From Lingula anatina (lineage: Eukaryota > Animalia > Brachiopoda), in assembly GCA_051362555.1 (NCBI GenBank), contig CM120645.1, forward strand, positions 62,001 to 126,000: a stretch of DNA of 64,000 nucleotides, read 5' to 3'. Both the position numbers and the translations under genes were made by a program. Below, one piece after another: positions 26,601 to 40,100 of this stretch. The first letter of the stretch is position 1, and each line of letters begins with the position of its first letter. A model generated the notes under the pieces. That model saw only the letters and a program-made list of their open reading frames with translations. It made no database searches and was not told the DNA's origin.

Positions 26601-29600
26601 TGTGTGTGGGAGGAAGTGTGTGTGTGTGTGTGTGGGAGTGTGTGTGTGTGTGGGGGGGGGGGGAAGTGTACATTTGTGTGGGAGTGTATGTGTGTGTGTG
26701 GGAGTGTGTGTGTGTGGGGGGGGAAGTGTGTGTGTGCGTGTGGGAGTGTGTGTGTGTGTGTGGGGGGGAAGTGTACATTTGTGTGGGAGTGTGTGTGTGT
26801 GTGGGAGTGTGTGTGTGTAGAAGGAATGTACGTGTGTGTGGGTGGGTGTGTGTGGAGGAGGGGAGTGGGTGTGGGGAGTGTGTGGGTGTGTGTGTGTGGA
26901 GGAGGGGAGTGGGTGTGGGGAGTGTGTGGGTGGATGTGTGTGTGGAGGGGGAGTGGGTGTGGGGAGTGTGTGGGTGGGTGTGTGGGGAGGAGGGGAGTGT
27001 GTGTGGGAGTGTGTGGGTGGGTGTGTGTGGAGGAGGGGAGTGTGTGGGTGGGTGTGTGTGGAGGAGGGGAGTGTGGGTGTGGGTGTGGGGAGTGTGTGGG
27101 TGGGTGTGTGTGGAGGAGGGGAGTGTGGGTGTGGGGAGTGTGTGGGTGGGTGGGTGTGGAGGAGGGGAGTGTGAGTGTGGGGAGTGTGTGGGTGGGTGTG
27201 TGTGGAGGAGGGGAGTGTGGGTGTGGGGAGTGTGTGGGTGGGTGTGTGTGGAGGAGGGGAGTGTGGGTGTGGGTGTGGGGAGTGTGTGGGTGGGTGGGTG
27301 TGGAGGAGGAGAGTGTGGGTGTGGGGAGTGTGTGGGTGGGTGTGTGTGGAGGAGGGGAGTGGGTGTGGGGAGTGTGTGGGTGTGTGTGTGTGGAGGAGGG
27401 GAGTGTGGGTGTGGGGAGTGTGTGGGTGGGTGTGTGTGGAGGAGGGGAGTGGGTGTGGGGAGTATGTGGGTGGGTGTGTGTGGAGGAGGGGAGTGGGTGT
27501 GGGGAGTGTGTGTGTGGGTGTGTGGGGAGGAGGGGAGTGTGGGTGTGGGGAGTGTGTGGGTGGGTGTGTGGGGAGGAGGGGAGTGTGTGTGGGAGTGTAG
27601 GAATGTGTGTGTTGGGGGGGGGGGGGTGATCCTCATTTTTTGACCACCTAGCTTTTCACTGTGAAGATTATCAAAACAAAAATTGTGCCCGCTTCAAGCT
27701 CAAAACTTTTCTCAATGGAACACAAAAGATGGACAAATAGATTTTACAATCCATTGTTTCCAGAGAAGATGGTTATTAAATCGTCCCAGGAGACAAGGAA
27801 AGGCCATGAGAACAGCTCTTTTCCATTATTGACTTTTTATGTACAGCCACAGATGTGTCTGTACATATAGCTATCATCTGCGTCTGTCGTCGCCGTCGCC
27901 GTCGTCGCCGTCGCCGTGCACTTTTACCGATAACACGATAAGTGGAAAACCGTTTTTTCTTTTGGCTTGAAACTTACAGAACTGATGAATATTCATAATA
28001 CGCAGGTCAAGTTCGAAAATCAGCATGATCGGGTCACTTATAGGGAATTTATGCTGTTTTTTCACTTTTTTCAGCATATATGCAGCACCGATAACACGAT
28101 AAGTGGAAAACCATTTTACCTTTTGGCTTGAAACTTACAGAACTGATGAATATTCATAATACGCAGGTCAAGTTCGAAAATCAGCATGATCGGGTCACTT
28201 ATAGGGAATTTATGCTGTTTTTTCACTTTTTTCAGCATATATGCAGCACCGATAACACGATAAGTGGAAAACCATTTTACCTTTTGGCTTGAAACTTACA
28301 GAACTGATGAATATTCATAATACGCAGGTCAAGTTCGAAAATCAGCATGATCGGGTCACTTATAGGGAATTTATGCTGTTTTTTCACTTTTTTCAGCATA
28401 TATGCAGCACCGATAACACGATAAGTGGAAAACCATTTTACCTTTTGGCTTGAAACTTACAGAACTGATGAATATTCATAATACGCAGGTCAAGTTCGAA
28501 AATCAGCATGATCGGGTCACTTATAGGGAATTTATGCTGTTTTTTCACTTCTCTCAACATATGTGCAACGCTAATAACACAATATAAGAAAAACAGATAG
28601 GCCAATTGTCATTGTACCACCAGCGTAGGCGCTGGCGGTACACATGGTTTTAGTCCCGACCCGTATGTTCCGCCGGCTCTTGCGGCTCCTGCGGCTCCTG
28701 CGGCTCCGCCGCCAAGTCACCGTTACCGCTTCTCCTCCTAGACGGTAAGGGCCTCCATACCCATCTCTTGGATTTAGGTCACCTATAATCTCAACTCGTT
28801 CCACGTAAAATTTGGGCTTTGTCGGTATTGGGGTCTAGGTGTGGAACTCATTGCAATGCACCCTTGTCCAAAAATGGCAAAATTAAATGCTAATTATCTC
28901 CCCTACAGAAGGAATTATGGGAAAAATTTCTACAGACAGCTTTCCAAAAGTCATATGTGTAGATTTCAAATATGCCCTTGGATTTGACCTTTGACCTTTA
29001 TTTTAAGGTCAAACGGGCCAAAATTTTCAAAAAAACAAAATTTTTGCCGGAAAAAAAATTATTTGCGGTCTTATTCAGACACCACACAGACTTAACTAAT
29101 AATATTAATGGAAAGTGTTACCCTTCAGGTCATCTTTCATCTCCGTGAATTTGGGGTCAATCGGTGCATTTTCACGGGAGTAGCGGCCATAAGATATCGA
29201 AACTGAAAACTGTCTCTAATTCGGGAACCGTTAATGCTAGACACCCATTCTTTTTTGCATTTTGTAGAGCATGTAAAGCCCAACACTGGAGGTGGTCTCC
29301 GTTTTTTTGTATTCCATACGGTTTTCGAGTTACGCTGTATCAAAAAGTACATATTGGTGGTGAAAGCAAAATGTGCAGTACGGTAATGGATAATAAATTT
29401 TGAACTCCGGAAAAATAAAACATAAGGCTTGGCAAAGCAGACAACTTGTGGTCAAAAATGACATTATTTCATCAAATTTGAACATCTGGAACTTCAGAGC
29501 ACCTCCCATTTCAAGAATTTTGACCAAAATGACCTTTTCTTTATTTTAATTAATTTTTTTTGTAGGAAATTTATGGCACATTATGGTAACTCCAAAATTA

Positions 29601-32600
29601 TAACATTTAGTCCCTTATATCTCCAAAACTGGCAGAGATAGGTCCATAGTTACTATTGAACTTGAATAGGAAGTCATACACTGGCAATCTAAATGTGACC
29701 TAAAAATTGACCTTTGACCTACTTTTCACCATGAACTGAACTTTGCAAATTTTGCTTCCTTTTTATCTCCAAAACTGGCAGAGATAGGTCCATAGTTTCT
29801 ATTGAACTTGAATAGGAAGTCATATACTGGCAATCTAAATGTGACCTTAAAATTGACCTTTGACCTACTTTTCACCATGAACTGAACTTTGCAAATTTTG
29901 CTTCCCTTTTATCTCCAAAACTGGCAGAGATAGGTCCATAGTTACTATTGAAGTTGAATAGGAAGTCATATACTGGCAATCTAAAGATGACCTTAAAATT
30001 GACCTTTGACCTACTTTTCACCATGAACTGAACTTTGCAAATTTTGCTTCCTTTTATCTCCAAAACTGGCAGAGATAGGTCCATAGTTTCTATTGAACTT
30101 GAATAGGAAGTCATATACTGGCAATCTAAATGTGACCTTAAAATTGACCTTTGACCTACTTTTCACCATGAACTGAACTTTGCAAATTTTGCTTCCCTTT
30201 TATCTCCAAAACTGGCAGAGATAGGTCCATAGTTACTATTGAAGTTGAATAGGAAGTCATATACTGGCAATCTAAATGTGACCTTAAAATTGACCTTTGA
30301 CCTACTTTTCACCATGAACTGAACTTTGCATAGTTTGCTTCCCCTTTATCTCCAAAACTGGCAGAGATAGGTCCATAGTTACTATTGAAGTTGAATAGGA
30401 AGTCATATACTGGCAATCTAAGTGTGACCTTGAAATTGACCTTTGACCTACTTATTATCATGAACTGAACTCTGCTAATTTCTTTCTCTTTTAACTCCAA
30501 ACCTGGCAGAGATAGGCCCATAGTTACTATTGAAGTTGAATAGGAAGTCATATACTGGCAATTTACTGTGACCTTGGAATTGACCTTTGACCTACCTTGC
30601 GATGAACTTAACTTTGATTGTACCATTTTTAGTAATATATATATTTTTTGCATATTTTGAAAATTCTTGTTGATTGCATTTTTACAGCTTGTCAAGCACA
30701 AGACTGGTGGCTGTGTTCCTTATTTTGTATATGTGGGGGTCTATATGAATGCGCTTGCTCCAGCTGGTGGTACAATATTCGGAGGCGGTATCGCCTCTCT
30801 GATCCTCTAGTTATACTCACAGGAGTAGTCAAACTAACTAAAACGCAGGTTGAGTTCCAAAATCAGCATAATCGGGCCATTCTTTTAGAAGTTATGCTGT
30901 TTTTTCTTATTTCCTCAGATTCAATTGTTAGGCATGTTAACAGTCTCATTATTGAACTAATAAGATATGTAAAAGTGTTTGTTTGACATTTCCTGCATCT
31001 TAATAACATTGTTAGTTGATTATGTAAAAATGATGGTAAACTTGTTATTGTGTATTATGTTATAAAGTGTCAAAAATGGAAATAAACAAATATCATTGCA
31101 GTTTGTCAGATTCAATCATCTACTATATTCATTATCTCAGAATGGAGGAAATTGGACATTTAACACTGTTCTATTGATATTTTTCCCATCTCATCAATTT
31201 TCTTAGTTGATCATATACAAATGGTAGAAAACTGTTTATTTTGTTTTATGTTAAAAAAGTGTTTTAAAAATGGAAGTAAACCCATTGCAGAACAGTGCTG
31301 TCTTGTTTCAGCATATATGCAGCACCGATAACACGATAAGTGGAAAACCATTTAACCTTTTCCCTTGAAACTTACAAAACTGATGAATATTCATAATACG
31401 CAGGTCAAGTTCGAAAATCAGCATGATCGGGTCATTTTTAGGGAATTTATGCTGTTTTTTCACTTTTTTCAGCATATATGCAGCACCGATAACACGATAA
31501 GTGGAAAACCATTTTACCTTTTGGCTTGAAACTTACAGAACTAATGAATATTCATATTACGCAGGTCAAGTTCGAAAATCAGCATGATCGGGTCATTTTT
31601 AGGGTAGTTATGCTGTTTTTTCACTTTTTTCAGCATATATGCAGCACCGATAACACGATAAGTGGAAAACCATTTTACCTTTTGGTTTCAAACTTACAGA
31701 ACTGATGAATATTCATAATACGCAGGTCAAGTTTGAAAATCAGTATGATTGGGTCATTTTTAGGGAAGTTATGCTGTTTTTCACTTTTTTCAGCATATAT
31801 GCAACACTGATAACATGATAAGTGGAAAACCATTTAACCTTTTGGTTTGAAACTTGCAGAACTAATGAATATTTATAATATGCAGGTCAAGTTTGAAAAT
31901 CAGCATGATCGGGTCATTTTTAGGGAAGTAATGCTGCTTTTTCACTTTTTTCAGCATGTATGCAACACCTTTGTGCTATATGACGGTACTGTATGGATAG
32001 CAGTCTTTAAAATTGTCCCTTGGGTGATCACTAATTAAATTAAGGTCTATAAAGTCACTTGCCTACTCATTAATTTTCAATTGGCCATTAAATGAGATTA
32101 CATAAAACACTCCTTGAGATTTCCCTGTAAAGTCCCATAGGTTTAGCTCTCTTAACTGTGTCACAAAATTAGGATTTGGTGATAATTGTGCAGATAAATG
32201 GTGTTTAACATTGCAAATAATTTACAACAAAAAGAATGTGTTATGCCAACATGCTATAGATGCATAACAGTGCTTTATTTTTCTCAAACTTGGTGGGGTT
32301 ATTAATATCAAGTTAATACAGCTAGATTAAAAGTTTGAATAGCAGCTTTATTGGAATTTTTTACGTTTTATTTAAAATTTTTTTAAAATTATTTTTCAAA
32401 CACTAGCATCTTCAAGATGTGATTTTTATACTCCCATCCACCAGAAGTGCTGTGCATTTTCTGTATTTTTGTATATAATTGTTATTTCTTCAGATTTAAT
32501 TCTTACGCATGTTAACAGTCTCATTATGGAACTAATAAGATATGTAAAAGTGTTGTTTCATAAATGGAAAGGAACTCATCATTGCAGTTTGTCAGATTTA

Positions 32601-35012
32601 ATCATTCACTATGTTCAGCATCTGCAAATGGAGCAAATTGGACATTGAAAATTGTTCTATTGATATTTTTCTTATGTCAACAATTTTCCTAGTTGAACAT
32701 TTAAAAATGACAGTTTATTGATTATTTTGTTTTAAAAAAGGTGTTGAAAATGGAAAGAAAATCATTTCAGTACAGTTATCTCTTGTTTACATTTTGGCAT
32801 TTTGAAAGTGTGACTCTGAACTTCCATGGCCTTGAAGACCTTCCCAAATCACATTTTCTGAATATTCATGATACTTTTATTTTTTTATAAAAAATTTGAT
32901 GGTCATTATGCTGTTAAGTATTATGTTTTATTGCATGAAAGTTGAAGAAAACCCTATTTTGGACACTGCTGCCAGGATAGCGATTAAGGGAAAACCATGT
33001 TACTTATGATACTGAAACTTAGTGAAAAGTTTCATAAGACAGAAGTGCGCAGCTTGTGTTTGAAAACCAGTGTGATTGTTTTCTGTTTTGGAGGCAATGC
33101 AGGTTTATAGAGTGCTATACTGGCATTTTCAAGTTGTGACTTATCATTCCCATCTGCCAGGAGCCCTGTACTCTTACTTTGTAACATTTTCTGTATTTTG
33201 TTACAAGAATGATTCTTAGGATTGACATACAGCCAAAAAAAAAAATTAATTATATATATATATATATGAGTTTAAGCAATTTTTTTTGTGTGTGTAATTT
33301 TCACTGTACCTCATTCTGGCATTTCCAAAGTTTAACTCTTATCAGCCTGACACCTTAAGGACTATTTCCAGACCCTATCATGCTAACTGTGGATCGATCT
33401 ATCTCCATGGGAATTCTCGCTAAATTGCAATCAATGTAAGTGGCTTAGTTGTCTGTCACGCCTACTGAAACTGGCATGCCAGAATCCTAAGACTCTCAAA
33501 CTGAAGGCTATTTAGTGAGAAACCCCTTGGAGTTGGATTGATCCTGTTAGATTGATCTAGGTATGGGAACTTAGTCTAATGCTTGATACACATTTTACTT
33601 TCATCCTAATCCAATGTTATGCAGAATAAGAATTTGATGTTGGCTATGCAGTTACAGTAAGCATAATACATTAGTTCATCAGAATTGACAGTATCCTATT
33701 TCCTGCGTTTTTATTTTCTGGTTTTTGTCTGTACATTTGACAGCTTTGCTGCCTTGTTTATCATGAGAATTAAGATGCACGCTTAACTCTTCAAAGATTA
33801 AGGTCATCCAAAATGGAAATACAAACTTTCCCCTGGGATTTGTATGCATGTTGGCTTAGTGTGTGTAAATGATTGAATACTGTTTATCATATAATATTAT
33901 ACAAAATGAGAATATATTGGACGATATAAAAAGAATGAGAATATAGAATTGTTAAAAAAGGAGAGAAAACTACCTAAAACAGAATAAGCATGTATAGTCC
34001 TGTAGAAAATATAATTCACTATTCCACACCCCTACCCTGCAAATACCCCTCATCTCTGTATTTTTTTTTTTTTTGCAAAAGTTAATGAATGAATTAATAA
34101 TAATAATAATTTCAGTGGCTTTGTGAAATTATGGAGCTCCCTGACTTTGCTTGGAACCTGCATGGGGAGAAGATGTGCCTTTAGAGTTCACCAGGTGAGT
34201 ACATAGTTTACATGGGGAGAAGATGTGCCTTTAGAGTTCACCAGGTGAGTACATAGTTTACATGGGGAGAAAATGTGCCTTTAGAGTTCACCAGGTGAGT
34301 ACATAGTTTACATGGGGAGAAAATGTGCCTTTAGAGTTCACCAGGTGAGTACAGAGTTTACATGGGGAGAAGATGTGCCTTTAGAGTTCACCAGGTGAGT
34401 ACAGAGTTTACATGGGGAGAAAATGTGCCTTTAGAGTTCACCAGGTGAGTACAGAGTTTACATGGGGAGATGGGCCTTTAGAGATTTTTTTTCTGGTTTG
34501 TAATAAAAAGCTTTTAATGAGAAACATGATTTTTTGACACAAATACAATAATTTTAAACATATTTTCCCCAAATTTTGTCTTGATTTTAATATGGGAAGA
34601 GTAATTCAAATTTACTTATTTAAAGTATTAGGTAATTTTTTCTTGATCTTATTATATTTATTATGATTTTGATATAAAATCCACCATGTAAGCATATATA
34701 CCTAGCTGTTAGAAATTCTGACTGCGAGCCCTAATCAGCATATCTCTTGTGCAGAATGATTTCTTTCCCTTGTGTAGAATGAAAAAAAAAATCAATCTGC
34801 CAGCAATCTCCCATAACCTGTAGTTATTACTCAGTCCCTTCCACCATCCATCATGTCAGTGAAATTGGCTTTCATTGCAGTTCCTGGATATAAATGGTAA
34901 CTCTGGGCCTCAGTTTGCAGGGGCTAGTGAGGCAGCTTTACCAGGGTCATACAGGAGGTCATATGACATCAAAAATACAACCAGGAAGAGCATTTAAATA
35001 CCTGCAACAGAG

Positions 35013-35055
<43 letters not shown>

Positions 35056-35290
35056 ATCGTCTTAATCAATTTCAAATTTGTCAAGGGAGAGATACTTAGT
35101 GCTCAGCAGAAATAATATTTATCATCTCCAAGACCAAAGATGACAATTATACTAACAGGCATCCACTTGGAGCTTTTCTTGGGAGAAGGAGAGAGATATC
35201 TTCATAGTATGTCATAAATATAATTTTTATTTTCAGGTTACACCACATCTAATGGCTTTATCAGCCAATAGTCGGGAGTGGCAACTGTGA
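13028..35290 (+). CDS. RPP14: Ribonuclease P protein subunit p14, ~118 aa, 5 coding exons
   Basis: Exons 13028-13086, 24846-24933, 25837-25913, 34116-34194 and 35237-35290 join in phase (357 nt): MYRRIVSKGKAEYFYLHVTLEFEDFEDVPVDAIKFKTIIVDALQGLFGLAGASIPADILKFHQPKRSAVLRVPSSGFVKLWSSLTLLGTCMGRRCAFRVHQVTPHLMALSANSREWQL. Closely resembles RPP14 (e.g. VKLWSSLTLLG..CAFRV.QV). Confidence 0.92.
14918..21929 (+). mobile_element. Helentron-derived HINE/DINE-type element, family A copy 1, with internal 161-bp tandem repeats
   Basis: 5' T-run plus hairpin ATGTACAGACACAGATG..TCTGTACAT, a (GTC/GCC)n microsatellite and 161-bp repeats. The 3' end is TGTCTGTACAT + GACAGCTTTGCTGCC hairpin + TT. Confidence 0.75.
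15135..18095 (+). mobile_element. Family A HINE copy 2, nested in a T-run of copy 1
   Basis: Complete 5' hairpin/microsatellite at 15140 and 3' end at 18060-18095. The host monomer GCTGTTTTT|TCACTTTTTTCAG is split and resumes afterwards. Confidence 0.75.
22416..24248. mobile_element. Non-autonomous Tc1/mariner-pogo-like element (TA TSD) inserted in the right arm of element C
   Basis: TA|CTCTGAAGTGCCAAATAA ... TTATTCGGCACTTCAGAG|TA, with subterminal TTTTCCRGGGGGCAC.GTTATTCCG repeats. Removing it restores AACTGCTAAGGAGACTGC of element C. Confidence 0.75.
24911..25578. repeat. 58-65-bp tandem array (11 donors) built from the RPP14 exon 24846-24933 3' end and its donor
   Basis: Unit CACTACAGGGTCTCTTTGGCTTA|GTAAGTGCTATGATCAG(T)nGTTGCCAGTTAT. 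Confidence 0.92.
26574..27628. repeat. ~1-kb G/T-rich compound simple repeat (GT, GGA, GGGT)
   Basis: Almost C-free run of GTGTGTGGAGGAGGGGAGTGTGGGTGTGGGGA variants on the RPP14 sense strand. Confidence 0.9.
27834..33759 (+). mobile_element. Family A HINE copy 3 (161-bp repeats), interrupted by a family B element
   Basis: Same 5' hairpin/microsatellite and 3' end as copy 1. 30813-33759 is near-identical to 18808-21929. Confidence 0.78.
28614..30812 (+). mobile_element. HINE-type family B copy 1, with a 146-bp internal tandem array (~7 units)
   Basis: 5' hairpin GTACCACCAGCG..CGCTGGCGGTAC and (GGCTCCTGC)n. The 3' end is CTGGTGGTAC + GAGGCG..CGCCTC hairpin + CTAGTT. Inserted at TT in GTCATT|ATACTC of family A. 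Confidence 0.75.
34161..34470. repeat. 50-bp tandem array (6 donors) built from the RPP14 exon 34116-34194 3' end and its donor
   Basis: Unit CATGGGGAGAARATGTGCCTTTAGAGTTCACCAG|GTGAGTACAKAGTTTA. Confidence 0.92.
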
Positions 35291-37173
35291 AAGGAAAATG
35301 GAAGAAAAGAAGGCCCAGTAGTTTCACTTGCAGTATGTTTAAGTTTGGCAGACATGACTTGTGCAGACACAGGGAGTTTGCAGTATATAGGACATACTCT
35401 GAAGGGAAATAGTTTATATTTTTATTGAATGGTTGATTTGATATTTGTGTAAGCTTAAAGACAGGAATGATCTAAGCAAGCTGCAATGAGGTCAAATGTG
35501 GCAGAACTAGAGGATGGAATCCTTGCAGTTAGTGATGTACAGGACTTAGGGGATGACATATGCTTACTAGTAATAAAGGACATGGAAGCTAGGATATATC
35601 TCTGCTGCACAGGACTTAAGGGTTGCCATACACTTAATGTAGGACATGGAAGCTAGAATATTACTGGATAACAGTGGAGAGAAACAGCTCAATATGCCAG
35701 ACATTCAGGATACTTGGATTTCATTTCAAAATCCAGAAAAAATTCCACATGCATAATTGAAAAGAGGAAAGTCGATATCTGTGTAGAAAGGAGGTGGTAT
35801 TAATTCCCAGGCATTGCAGATATAAATGGAAAACTACTGGTTTTCCTCTGTTAAAGAATCCCAAATGAGGACCTAAATGAATTAACAGCTTTAAGCAGTG
35901 GAGATGAAGAGGAACATCAATAAATGCTAAATGCTTTCAGTGTTCAGTGTTATGTTTATTATATAAATGCAGTAATGCACAGTATGCAGCTAATGATGTT
36001 ATATTGTGTTTTAGAGAAAAATGTAATCCAATTGTCTTCTGTGAAAGTGCATCCTAAGCTGGTCCCTCAGAAATTGCCTGGGAATGGGTATGTTGTGTGT
36101 CAAAGAAAATGTGGACTGTGGAGAGTCATGTTGTCAGGATTCAAGCATCTGTCCTGTGTGTAGACTTCTACTACAGCCTTGTCTTCTACACGTACCATCC
36201 TACTACAGCCTTGTCTTCTAAACATACATTTCTACAACTTTCATTGCATAGAAAACCAATATAATTACAACTGTTACTGTTTTGCAGATAATAATATAAT
36301 CTAACTGGAAGCCTCCAGGGAGAAATAAAAACCTTAGCAATTTCTGCTTGTGGGTTAAGTGCCTTAATTCATTAACTGCATTTGCATTCAATGTTGATCA
36401 GTTTTTTGTTTCAAGTAATTTTTTCTCTCTCTGTCATCAGCAGTCTTGTTCACCTGACACTGATCTTTGGAATTACAAACTTGATCTTTCTACAGCCCCC
36501 CTGGTAAAAGCTTTCCTTAAAAACTATATATTTCCTGCCTGGCTTTTTTCTAAACTTTTATGATATCACTCCGACAGCTTGTAATTATAGACTTGTTTAA
36601 CAGCCTTGTCACTGATCATCTCTGGATTGCAGTCTCTCACATTGCACTTTTAACATGAGAGTATGTATTAAAAATAATCACTTATTTCCCCATGCACTCA
36701 CTTAATTAGTCATAACACAGTTTTGCACTTATCATGCAGTTCCACCTTATCAAAATGTAATTTTACACCAGTCACAGCACAGAATATAACATCAATAGGT
36801 TTTCAGTTCCAAATCAATCAACTATTCCATAATGCCACTCATATTCAGGAAGTCTAAATAAAGTACTCTTATACTCCAGCTAAATACTACATTCATTTTC
36901 ATTTGGAGAGTGATCCATGCCAGTATGAATGTGAAGTTTGCATGCCATGGTGTGAACTACGCACTACAGAAACAAGCCACCAGCTGGTAAATGTAGGAAG
37001 ACAGAGATATCTGAAGATCTCTGAACCCAGGATGGCGTCTCCATATGTGTCTTATCTGCCTTACCATCACATTGTTTGTAGATAATGCTTTATTGCTATA
37101 AAACAGTGGCAGTAATGATTGGCTTCTGGCTGCTGAAACTTCATAATATAAAATTAATCCACTTGTATTAATT

Positions 37174-40100
37174 GTACCACCAGCGTTAGCGCTGGCGGTA
37201 CACATGGTTTCGGTCTCGTCCGGATCGTTCCGCCGGCTCCGCCGGCTCCGCCGGCTCCGCCGGACGGCTACCGTTACCGCTTCTCCTCCTAGACGGTAAG
37301 GCCCCCCATACCCATCTCATGGATTTAGGTCACCTATAATCTCAACTCGTTCCACGTAAAATTTGGGCTTTGTCGGTATTGGGGTCTGGGTGTGGCACTC
37401 ATTGCAATGCACCCTTGTCCAAAAATGGCAAAATTAAATGCTAATTATCTACCCTACGGAAGGAGTTACGGGAAAAATTTCTACAGACGGCTTTCCAAAA
37501 GTCATATGTGTAGATTTCAAATATACCCTCGGATTTGACCTTTGACCTTTACTTCAAGGTCAAATGGGCCAAAATTTTCAAAAAAATGAAATTTTTTACG
37601 AAAAAAAAATTTTTTGCCCTGTTATTCAGACACCACACAGACTTAACCAATAATATTATTGGAAAGTGTTACCCTTCAGGTCATCTTTCATCTCCGTGAA
37701 TTTGGGGTCAATCGGTGCATTTTCACAGGAGTAGCGGCCATAAGATACCGAAACTGAAAACTGTCTCTAATTCGGGAACCGTTAATGCTAGAGACCCATT
37801 CTTTTTTGCATTTTGTAGAGCATGTAAAGCCCAACACTGGAGGTGGTCTCGGTTTTTTTGTATTCCATACGGTTTTCGAGTTACGCTGTATCAAAAAGTA
37901 CATATTGGTGGTGAAAGGAAAATGTACGGAAGCCCACTGGTGCCATATGTAGAAAAAAAAATTATCTCGAAATTTCGAGATACTACTTTGAAATTTGAAC
38001 AAAAAAATTTACCACCAGCGTTAGCGCTGGCGGAACACATGGTTTCGGTCCCGTCCGGTCCGTTCTGCCGGCTCCGCCGCCATGTTACCGTTACCGCTTC
38101 TCCTCCTAGACGGTAAGGGCCCCCGTACCCATCTCATGGATTTAGGTCACCTATAATCTCAACTCGTTCCACGTAAAATTTGGGCTTTGTCGGTATTGGG
38201 GTCTGGGTGTGGCACTCATTGCAATGCACCCTTGTCTAAAAATGGCAAAATTAAATGCTAATTATCTACCCTACAGTAGGAGTTACGGGAAAAATTTCTA
38301 TAGACGGCTTTCCAAAAGTCATATGTGTAGATTTCAAATATACCCTCGGATTTGACCTTTGACCTTTACTTCAAGGTCAAATGGGTCAAAATTTTCAAAA
38401 AAATGAAATTTTTTACGAAAAAAAATTTTTTTGCCCTGTTATTCAGACGCCACACAGACTTAACCAATAATATTATTGGAAAGTGTTACCCTTCAGGTCA
38501 TCTTTCATCTCCGTGAATTTGGGGTCAATCGGTGCATTTTCACAGGAGTAGCGGCCATAAGATACCGAAACTGAAAACTGTCTCTAATTCGGGAACCGTT
38601 AATGCTAGAGACCCATTCTTTTTTGCATTTTGTAGAGCATGTAAAGCCCAACACTGGAGGTGGTCTCGGTTTTTTTGTATTCCATACGGTTTTCGAGTTA
38701 CGCTGTATCAGAAAGTACATATTGGTGGTGAAAGGAAAATGTACGGAAGCCGACTGGTGCCATATGTAGAAAAAAAAATTATCTCGAAATTTCGAGATAC
38801 TATTTTGAAATTTGAACAAAAAAAAATTTTTATCTCGAAATTTCGAGATAGCATTTTGAAATTTGAACAAAAAAAAAAATTATCTCGAAATTTCGAGATA
38901 GCATTTTGATATTTGAGCAAAAAAATTTATCTCGAAATTTCGAGATAGTATTTTGAAATTTGAACAAAAAAAATGCTATCTCGAAATTTCGAGATAATTT
39001 TTTTTTTCAACATATGGCACCAGTCGGCTTCCGTAAAAATGTGCAGTACGGTAATGGATAATAAATTTTGAACTCCGGAAAAATAAAACATAATGCTTGG
39101 CAAAGCAGACAACTTGTGGTCAAAAATGACATTATTTTATCAAATTTAAACTTCTGCAACTTCAGAGAACCTCCCATTTCAAGAACTTTGACCAAAATGA
39201 CCTTTTCTTTATTTTAATTAATTTTTTCTGTAGGAAATTTATGGCACATTATGGTAACTCCAAAATTATAACATTTAGTCCCTTATATCTCCAAAACTGG
39301 CAGAGATAGGTCCATAGTTACTATTGAAGTTGAATAGGAAGTCATATACTGGCAATCTTACTGTGACCTTGACATTGACCTTTGACCTACTTTTCACCAT
39401 GAACTGAACTTTGCAAATTTTGCTTCCCTTTTATCTCCAAAACTGGCAGAGATAGGTCCATAGTTACTATTGAAGTTGAATAGGAAGTCATATACTGGCA
39501 ATCTTACTGTGACCTTGAAATTGACCTTTGACCTACTTATCACCATGAACTGAACTTTGCAAATTTTGCTTCCCTTTTATCTCCAAAACTGGCAGAGATA
39601 GGTCCATAGTTACTATTGAACTTGAATAGGAAGTCATATACTGGCAATTTTACTGTGACCTTGAAATTGACCTTTGACCTACTTTTCACCTTGAACTGAA
39701 CTTTGCAAAATTTGCTTCCCTTTTATCTCCAAAACTGGCAGAGATAGGTCCATAGTTACTATTGAACTTGCATAGGAAGTCATATACTGGCAATTTTACT
39801 GTGACCTTGAAATTGACCTTTGACCTTCTTTTCACCATGAACTGAACTTTGCAAATTTTGCTTCCCTTTTATCTCCAAAACTGGCAGAGATAGGTCCATA
39901 GTTACTATTGAAGTTGAATAGGAAGTCATATACTGGCAATCTAAATGTGACCTTGAAATTGACCTTTGACCTACTTTTCACCATGAACTGAACTTTGCAA
40001 ATTTTGCTTCCCTTTTATCTCCAAAACTGGCAGAGATAGGTCCATAGTTACTATTGAAGTTGAATAGGAAGTCATATACTGGCAATCTTACTGTGACCTT

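Noticed and set aside
26503-27643. Long His/Pro/Thr and Val/Cys/Gly ORFs
   Set aside because: Artefacts of the stop-free GT/GGA simple repeat.
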